IMG/VR virus record: IMGVR_UViG_3300025669_000013
DNA: 36,601 nt
Strand: one strand, 5' to 3'
From: a virus
The notes under the pieces were generated by a model. It did no database searches. It had not been told where the DNA came from and saw only the letters and a program-made list of their open reading frames with translations. The position numbers and the translations under genes were made by a program. Of the stretch, positions 30,473-36,601 are shown piece after piece. Numbering within the stretch: position 1 is the first letter of the stretch; each line of letters starts with the position of its first letter.

Positions 30473-32659
30473 TTACTCGTCAAATCCTTCCGGTATTCCC
30501 GGCAATGGGTTTGGTCCTCGCACTCCTTCCGGGCCTGTTGGTTCCGGTGATTGAATATCTTGCATTTGTCCGGCTTGTGCCAGTTGTTTCGCATCCATCG
30601 GCAAGCTGTCTCCAATCTCCTGATTTTCCATAACGTCTATTCCTGCCTCTGATGCTATTGCAACGGCTTCATCCAGTAATTCGCCTTCTTCCGGTGCAAT
30701 GTTTCCGCCAGCATCAACTTTTTTAGCAAGTGCTTCGATCAGTGCCTTAACACTATCTACTGAAGACTTGTATGCATCCATGTGTTTTCGTTGCGTGTCA
30801 GCGTCTTTATTCATGATATCTGAAATCAGCTTTTCTGTCTGCATGTTGATATTGTCAACAAGACCTTGTTGCATCGGGTCGGGTGGAGGTGGAGGCGGTG
30901 CATTCTCTGCCATTTCCTTTTTCTCTTCTTCTGTTGGTTCCGCCGTTCCCTGCTCAATCATCCATTTTCTTATTCTGGATTTGACTTCTTCACCTTTGTT
31001 TAAGTCCATGTTGTCAACTATGATATCCAACGCCAGTGCCGCGACAACTTCACCGGACGGTGTGTCTCCGATTAATCTCATTATCTGATCAACTGTTTCT
31101 GATCTGCGCGTTGCTGATTTTGGGCCTGATGTGATTACTATCCCGTAAGTTCCCTTGGATAGATCGTTGACTATTACCTGCTCTCCTGTTTCTTCGTCTA
31201 TGACTGGCTCATTTACCCCGTTATATTCTCTCAGATTGAGCGTGATATCTTCTGAAGTTCCATCTTCATTGATTATCTTCTCAATTCGTTCTGTATCATA
31301 TATCCTCTGAATCAAATCAATCTGAATCAGAGCCGAAAAGTGTTTAGACTTTTCAAGATTATCTGGAAAGATAAATAAGCCTCTGTCGCCCATCTGCTGT
31401 TGACGTTGGATTGCTATCCCACTTTTAAGTTCTGGGCTGTCACCTCTTGAGCTTGGTTCTATTCCTGTTGTGCTGTGTACATCTGACCTGGCCTGGGCTG
31501 TCTGAGCTAATAAAGCCTGTTGGATTGAAGGCGCGCCGGTTCGTCTTGGTGGGCCAAGCGTTCCTGTCGGGTCATTGTACGGCATAAATGGAGTGTTCTT
31601 TTTAGGAAATGTTCTCCATGTCTGTTCATGCCCTTCCCTCTGAGCCATTGTAAACCAATAAGGGTCTTTCGGTGTCAATGCGCTTGTTTCTGCTGTCTGA
31701 GATACCGAATAATTATACATCATTTGAGGATCACGAGCTTTCCTTACCATTCCACGCCAGAATTTTTGACCTTCAATGATTGCACATTTGCCATAAACCG
31801 GAACAATCGGGATATATTTTCCAGCCCAGTCCGACCAGTCATCCAGAAATTCAACTCCGGTGAGTTTGATCATTTTGACTTTGTGCGAATCAACGGTCTT
31901 TTCTTCGACAACATTTATTCCTTTATCTGCTAACTCATCCAGGACCGCTTTCTCTTCCTCGATATCAATTACCCGGCCATCTGACAATAAAGCAACCTTC
32001 TTTTTATATGAATCTTTATACCAGAATTCTGAAAGCTGGACTTTGTTGTTTCTATACCACAGAGTGTTATAGATCCTTTTAAAAAAGCCCTCTACTCTTG
32101 ATTTTGGGTAAAGTTTCTTGAATGTTGTATCTTGAATGTATGAGGCCACAAACCAATATTCTCCGTCCGATCTGTTGTACTCTTCCGCATCCGGATCGCC
32201 GAATAAACTCGAAGCTGCTGAGGGAATCCATTTCATGACAATTTTCTGAACAAAAGGATTGTCCGGGTCCCATTCTGTTAGAATTCTCCATCCACCGATC
32301 CCTCCCTTTAATTGTTCATCGTATGCTGCGTCATAAATATCTTGAGCGTTGGATTCTTCTTCGATGTTGCGGAGTAAGCCGGTATAAATCTTTGCGGTAT
32401 CTTCAGATGCTTCTCTTTTCGGAATTACTTTGACAGCGGTTTCTGTCTCTCTTTGATCGCCGATTGCCTGATCTAATGCGCCTGATATCAAGTCAACGGT
32501 CAATCTAGGACGTTTTGCTCTGGCTTCTTTGGCCTCTTCATCCCATTGACCGCCTTCTTTCTCCACAAAGATTTGATCCCTGATAGCATAACGGCGCTGA
32601 TCTCTCTCGGCGTTTTCTGATGCTTCCCGGCGTTCTAATACTTCTTTATGGGTTAACAT
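30473..32659 (-). CDS. Portal protein, P22 gp1-like.
   Basis: At 728 aa it is close to the 725 aa I recall for P22 gp1. GGWRILTEWDPDNP and KYIPIVPVYGKCAIIEGQKFWRGMVRKARDPQMMYNY parallel my recollection of P22 GAWRLVTDYED and [37 protein letters not shown]. The C-terminus is long and helical. Confidence 0.85.
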   Translation of the reverse strand: MLTHKEVLERREASENAERDQRRYAIRDQIFVEKEGGQWDEEAKEARAKRPRLTVDLISGALDQAIGDQRETETAVKVIPKREASEDTAKIYTGLLRNIEEESNAQDIYDAAYDEQLKGGIGGWRILTEWDPDNPFVQKIVMKWIPSAASSLFGDPDAEEYNRSDGEYWFVASYIQDTTFKKLYPKSRVEGFFKRIYNTLWYRNNKVQLSEFWYKDSYKKKVALLSDGRVIDIEEEKAVLDELADKGINVVEEKTVDSHKVKMIKLTGVEFLDDWSDWAGKYIPIVPVYGKCAIIEGQKFWRGMVRKARDPQMMYNYSVSQTAETSALTPKDPYWFTMAQREGHEQTWRTFPKKNTPFMPYNDPTGTLGPPRRTGAPSIQQALLAQTAQARSDVHSTTGIEPSSRGDSPELKSGIAIQRQQQMGDRGLFIFPDNLEKSKHFSALIQIDLIQRIYDTERIEKIINEDGTSEDITLNLREYNGVNEPVIDEETGEQVIVNDLSKGTYGIVITSGPKSATRRSETVDQIMRLIGDTPSGEVVAALALDIIVDNMDLNKGEEVKSRIRKWMIEQGTAEPTEEEKKEMAENAPPPPPPDPMQQGLVDNINMQTEKLISDIMNKDADTQRKHMDAYKSSVDSVKALIEALAKKVDAGGNIAPEEGELLDEAVAIASEAGIDVMENQEIGDSLPMDAKQLAQAGQMQDIQSPEPTGPEGVRGPNPLPGIPEGFDE

Positions 32660-32945
32660 TTACCATCCATGGTTTGTTTGTTTTCTCTTGACCTGTTTCT
32701 GAGCTTCTTAGCTCTGTTTCTTTTATATATCTTAATGCAGTCTCATGCCTGGTCTCGTTTGGGTGTTTGCGTTCTACCGCCATTATTAATTCATCGTACT
32801 TTGATTCTGATATTGTTGGTGTCTTTACCTTTTTATCACAAATCTGAATGCTCAACGGTTTACCTCTGTATCCGCACTTATGGCATACACCACCGGCAAA
32901 CCAATCAGCGCCACTATGGCATTTTGGACATTCAGGTAAAGTCAT
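32646..32945 (-). CDS. Zinc-ribbon hypothetical protein (99 aa).
   Basis: The N-terminus carries CPKCHSG...CHKCGY. Confidence 0.5.
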   Translation of the reverse strand: MTLPECPKCHSGADWFAGGVCHKCGYRGKPLSIQICDKKVKTPTISESKYDELIMAVERKHPNETRHETALRYIKETELRSSETGQEKTNKPWMVNVNP

Positions 32946-34154
32946 TTAGTCCCATTCGGAGTCGTATTCAATTTCTGTTGTGTTGGTTGTTACTGCCGCC
33001 CTTCTGTGTCCTTCGTTCGCATATCTCAGAGAATCAATAACATGATTTTTCTTGTCAACCAATATCGGCAACACTTTTCCGGTGTCTTTATCTGTTTTAT
33101 AACAGTATAAAGTTAGTTCGTCAATAGTGTGTTTGCATCTTGGATGAACAATGATATCATAATTCTTTAACCATTCGATTCCTTCCTCAATTGATCCTTT
33201 GCCTTTGGCTGCTCCGTAAATCTTTGAGAATCCATGTCTGCGTAAATAACTGATTGTATCAGGTCTGTTATTATCTGCTACAATTGGCCATTTTTCCGAG
33301 TCTGGTATTTCTTGAAACAGCAATGGAATATTTTCTATTTCGCATCCTATCTCATAAGCCTCTTGATCAATAAACAGGGTTCTCCCTGTAATAAAGCACC
33401 TGACAAGGACCGTCGGATCAACAGAAAATCCCCAGTCAGCACCAAGTCTGAAGATTGCATCCTTTGGAGTGTCGAACTCTTCGACTTTCCAGTTCTTGAA
33501 AACTCTGGCCTCTGAGTTTTTCTGATATCCGCCTCTCCAGATGTGCTGGTATTTTTCCGGATCTCTTCGCTTATCATATTCCAGTTCTCGTTTGAGTACA
33601 TCAGGAAACCAAGGATTATCATCATGATTGCATTGTATAACCAATGAATCCGGCGGTGGGTCATCCCCTCTTAATAACTCATCAATTGGATCGGTTTCAA
33701 AACGTGGGTTCCAACTCGCCCATATTTCTGAATCTTCTTTTCTTATTGTTGGCCTGAGTAGTTCAAGCGACCTGGCTGATAATGACTGAGCCTCCTCGAT
33801 CCATGCTATGTCATAACCTTCAAGAGATTTGATTGATTCGGCGTTGTGGTCCTGCATACCCTGAAATATTATCAGGTTGTTCGCTGGTCCTTTGATTAGA
33901 GACTGTTGGACTTCAAAATGCTTTCCTACTCCAAACTGCTCGATCTTTCCCTCAATTAGTTTCTTCGCTGACTGAGTAAGCGATTTTTGTATTTCACGAA
34001 CACAGACTATGTTTTTACCTGATAGCGATTGATCTATTACTCTGCCAGCAAATTCATGTGATTTTCCAGAACCCCTGCCACCGAATGCGCCTTTATATCT
34101 TGATGGCTGTTCAAATGGTTTCGCCCACCTTGGGGTTTCTATTTCTAGATTCAT
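32946..34154 (-). CDS. terL: Terminase large subunit (PBSX/Terminase_3-like).
   Basis: Walker A AFGGRGSGKSH, Walker B-like DIAWIEEA and a C-terminal nuclease region with an ADWG motif are present. Length is 402 aa. Confidence 0.9.
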   Translation of the reverse strand: MNLEIETPRWAKPFEQPSRYKGAFGGRGSGKSHEFAGRVIDQSLSGKNIVCVREIQKSLTQSAKKLIEGKIEQFGVGKHFEVQQSLIKGPANNLIIFQGMQDHNAESIKSLEGYDIAWIEEAQSLSARSLELLRPTIRKEDSEIWASWNPRFETDPIDELLRGDDPPPDSLVIQCNHDDNPWFPDVLKRELEYDKRRDPEKYQHIWRGGYQKNSEARVFKNWKVEEFDTPKDAIFRLGADWGFSVDPTVLVRCFITGRTLFIDQEAYEIGCEIENIPLLFQEIPDSEKWPIVADNNRPDTISYLRRHGFSKIYGAAKGKGSIEEGIEWLKNYDIIVHPRCKHTIDELTLYCYKTDKDTGKVLPILVDKKNHVIDSLRYANEGHRRAAVTTNTTEIEYDSEWD

Positions 34155-34531
34155 TTATCTTTTGGATCAATAATAACTCTGGTAATGGTTCTGATTGGTT
34201 CGCCGTCTTTGCCGGTTAATTCTGTTCTGTTCTTCTCGCTCCATCCCTCAAATCGCTGATATGCAAGTTTGGCCGCTGCTGTATCTCCTTTCTCTGCTGA
34301 TTTAAGAAGAGACTGATCAACTCTGGATAGTTTGGCGGCGTAGTGTGTTCGTCTTAGTTCCAATGCTTTCGCTTCAATGTCTTGTAGTTCTGTTGGGGTA
34401 AAATGAGTGTAGAGAGTCTGCCTTGTTACTCCACATACTTCTGACGCAAGATGCTCCCGGTCTAACCATTCATTGTCAGGGTTGGTTAGGTACTCGAGAA
34501 TAGCATGTTCGTGTTTTTCTTTTCCCTTCAT
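34151..34531 (-). CDS. terS: Terminase small subunit (HTH type).
   Basis: It has an ATGA overlap with terL. The N-terminal HTH-like segment is REHLASEVCGVTRQTLYTHF, and AAAKLAYQRFEGWSEK is typical of small terminases. Confidence 0.6.
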   Translation of the reverse strand: MKGKEKHEHAILEYLTNPDNEWLDREHLASEVCGVTRQTLYTHFTPTELQDIEAKALELRRTHYAAKLSRVDQSLLKSAEKGDTAAAKLAYQRFEGWSEKNRTELTGKDGEPIRTITRVIIDPKDK

Positions 34532-34563
34532 AGCGTATCCGTAAAGTTTGCGTCAATGCTCAT
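34528..34563 (-). CDS. 11-codon upstream mini-ORF (MSIDANFTDTL) whose stop overlaps the terS start (ATGA).
   Basis: The SD AAAGGAGAAG lies upstream of its ATG. There is no SD in front of the terS ATG itself. Confidence 0.3.
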   Translation of the reverse strand: MSIDANFTDTL

Positions 34564-34610
34564 TTTTCCACTTCTCCTTTAATTACAATATACGAGAGGT
34601 GCCTGAAACC

Positions 34611-35921
34611 TCATTTCAAACCCTCTTTAAGTTTCCGCAGCTCGTTAATATAAACATCTTTTTTCGTGTCTTCAATCTGTTTCTTGATATGCGGGATAAG
34701 CGTTTTTACTTCTTCGGCAATATGCCCGACCTCCATTGATAACCGATTGTGGACCCACACTTCTGATTCATAAACCTTATGAGCTTTCCTGCAGAAAGAA
34801 AGATCCTCACCAACTACAACCCGTTTTTCCTTGATTACGGTCTGTTCAAACCAGGGCCAAGGCATTTTTCCAAATACTTCCCGCTGAATCATTGTAACGT
34901 GCATTCCCACGAAATCAGTTTGTTCTATATCGTGTTTGATATAGTTTAGCGGTTCACCTTCAATGTTTCTTTCAACTACTGGATCGCCTGATCTCTTCTT
35001 TGCAGCATTGCAACCTATGATTGGCTTGTCTGCATTTTCCAGAACTTCGCCGGACTTTTCCGGGAATGTTGCATCCCAATCTACAAAGAGAAGATGTGTG
35101 CAGTCTGTTTTTAGGAACTCATCAACAATCAAGTTTCTTGCCTGTTCAACTGTTCCGCAAGCTATGATTTTTTTATAAGAACCGTACTTTTCTTTTATTG
35201 CAACGGCAAGATCCATTAAACACCCAGTTGTATCTGTCTTTGTGATTCCTGATGTTGGTAATCCTATGCAAATCTTTGGAACTGGTTTTCTATCTGGATA
35301 TTTACCCCACTCTTGCGCCCTTCTTTTATTCAGTAATACATGATCCGTTGCCCGTCTTACCGGATCATAAGACCTTTCATGCACCCAATCTTTTTCAATT
35401 GTATTATCAGCAAAACAGCAATTATGCACTATCACTGACTTTGGAGCTTTAACAAATCGCCCGCTTGCTGTTAATCTCTCATAGAGCTCTAAATCAGAGC
35501 AACAATGAGTATATCCAGGGTGAAGAAAATACCCGTTTAAAAATTCTGTTATCATGCGCCGGTCAATTAATACCGGACCCATTAATCCATCTGGATCTGT
35601 GCAATATACAGCTCCCCAGCCACCTGGCAAAGTTTCCATTGCTTCAAGTGCATATTTAAGATACCCAGGCTGCGGGATTTGATCATCACATATACTTAAA
35701 ACACACCGGCTTTCACTTCCTTCAATAATACGGTTGACCGCTTCCACTATTCGTAAAATGTTGTCTTCCCTTTCTGGTAATCCGTGGGATAACGTGTCAC
35801 TTCTTTTTGCTATGACCTGAAACTGATCGCATGGAATACCCGCATTTTTAATTGCTGCCTTAACACATCCCTCTATCAAGTGGTCCCTGAGATAAGGGAT
35901 TATGACAGTAACCTCTTTCAT
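34611..35921 (-). CDS. Two-domain GT-A-fold glycosyltransferase (GT2-like N-terminal half plus a second GT-A-like half).
   Basis: The N-terminal half has VTVIIPYLRD...VLSICDDQIP (a DxD-like DD). The second half has LLFVDWDATF (DxD) and VVGEDLSFCRKA, which is typical of GT-A enzymes. Confidence 0.6.
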   Translation of the reverse strand: MKEVTVIIPYLRDHLIEGCVKAAIKNAGIPCDQFQVIAKRSDTLSHGLPEREDNILRIVEAVNRIIEGSESRCVLSICDDQIPQPGYLKYALEAMETLPGGWGAVYCTDPDGLMGPVLIDRRMITEFLNGYFLHPGYTHCCSDLELYERLTASGRFVKAPKSVIVHNCCFADNTIEKDWVHERSYDPVRRATDHVLLNKRRAQEWGKYPDRKPVPKICIGLPTSGITKTDTTGCLMDLAVAIKEKYGSYKKIIACGTVEQARNLIVDEFLKTDCTHLLFVDWDATFPEKSGEVLENADKPIIGCNAAKKRSGDPVVERNIEGEPLNYIKHDIEQTDFVGMHVTMIQREVFGKMPWPWFEQTVIKEKRVVVGEDLSFCRKAHKVYESEVWVHNRLSMEVGHIAEEVKTLIPHIKKQIEDTKKDVYINELRKLKEGLK

Positions 35922-35922
35922 A

Positions 35923-36150
35923 TTATTTTATCAAGCTGAATCGTTTGAAAATTCCAGTGAATTTATTGATTCTTTTCAATGTCTTGCTTGTCGTTGCTAG
36001 TGCGTTGTCATCCCATGTCCAACTCGTTTTATTGACAACCAGTTTTGCCACTGGATGCAATACCGTGCAAACGGCTGTCAGTGTCCCGATTCCGGTCATT
36101 ATTTCCACGCCGTAGGGAATGACTGTTAAAAGTGCTATTAATTCATTCAT
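35923..36150 (-). CDS. Small membrane protein with 1-2 TM helices (75 aa); holin candidate.
   Basis: LIALLTVIPYGVEIMTGIGTLTAVCTVL is hydrophobic and the C-terminus is basic. The stop abuts the glycosyltransferase start. Confidence 0.4.
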   Translation of the reverse strand: MNELIALLTVIPYGVEIMTGIGTLTAVCTVLHPVAKLVVNKTSWTWDDNALATTSKTLKRINKFTGIFKRFSLIK

Positions 36151-36170
36151 TTTTTAAACCTGTAAGAGTT

Positions 36171-36512
36171 TCACCATGGGTACCTGGTTGCAATACTTTC
36201 TTGCCCTGTTACCCTGAATAATTCCAGTTCTGTTGAAATACCGGCTCCGGATAATAGTACAGTTCCTTTCTTTTTCCACAATCCCACGTAATCATCAAAC
36301 ATGCCGTCAGTTACAGTATATTCCAAATACTCATTTATTTCGTAATATTCATCACCCACCGCCACCCTCGATGTTCCAAGCGTTGCGGTCACATCAATAT
36401 CTTGCCCTGATTTTGGTACGAATTTCATTTTCAGGGAAGTTGCGCCGACTAACGATTGCCCGAAATTGACCCGGATCTCTTGCCCGTAGCTGTCTTTGTT
36501 GAAATTTATCAT
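36171..36512 (-). CDS. Hypothetical beta-rich protein (113 aa); its start lies inside the terminal repeat.
   Basis: The ATG at 36512 corresponds to position 38. It sits 1 nt after the stop of the Lys-rich ORF in the circular map. Confidence 0.55.
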   Translation of the reverse strand: MINFNKDSYGQEIRVNFGQSLVGATSLKMKFVPKSGQDIDVTATLGTSRVAVGDEYYEINEYLEYTVTDGMFDDYVGLWKKKGTVLLSGAGISTELELFRVTGQESIATRYPW

Positions 36513-36601
36513 ATTAGTACCCTTTCTTTGTTTTTTTCTTGATCATAACCGGTTTTTTTACGCCTTTCTTGATAGTCACTTTGCTTCCGTCTGGTTTTTT
36601 G
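36475..36601. repeat. Second copy of the 127-bp terminal repeat (circular-assembly overlap or terminal redundancy).
   Basis: Exact identity to 1-127. It duplicates the first 38 nt of the 36171..36512 gene and the 3' part of the 40..228 ORF. Confidence 0.95.

Noticed and set aside
25626-33664. Same-strand alternative-frame ORFs inside structural genes (25626-25952, 26327-26563, 29034-29255, 32079-32291, 33347-33664, 23882-24064, 18794-19021).
   Set aside because: Each is fully nested in a longer ORF with recognisable family motifs. None has an SD or recognisable motifs.

Overview
This window is a complete, circularly closed genome of a tailed dsDNA phage. Bases 1-127 are identical to 36475-36601, so the unit length is 36,474 bp. 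The genome is AT-rich and tightly packed, with many ATGA or TAATG start/stop overlaps. Almost all genes are on the minus strand. A divergent control region at 15383-15553 fires leftward into one long gene series. That series runs through recombination genes (Gp157-like, Rad52-like annealase, NinB-like), regulators (XRE, Rha) and replication genes (DUF4373-type initiator, DnaB, an orphan primase zinc finger). It continues through an accessory block (C5-methyltransferase-like protein, PAPS-reductase/DndC-like protein, pentapeptide-repeat protein, VRR-NUC) and a lysis block (GH24 endolysin plus a membrane protein), then crosses the contig junction. After the junction come a two-domain glycosyltransferase, TerS, TerL and a P22-like morphogenesis module: portal, scaffold, coat, gp4-like and gp10-like proteins, putative ejection proteins, a tail fibre and its chaperone. 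The rightward side is a short 4-gene plus-strand operon (15554-16792) that ends at a convergent terminator region. I found no integrase, tRNA or CRISPR array. The most unusual items are listed here. (1) A pentapeptide-repeat gene is built from 20 in-phase 15-nt units with no synonymous variation. (2) A 69-nt direct repeat brackets exactly the PAPS-reductase-like gene. (3) An ADP-ribosyltransferase-like H..Y motif block sits inside the 1058-aa virion protein. (4) A double GT-A glycosyltransferase lies next to the packaging genes. (5) A stand-alone primase zinc finger is separated from DnaB by a DUF559-like nuclease. All family assignments come from motif recognition by eye. No database search was run.
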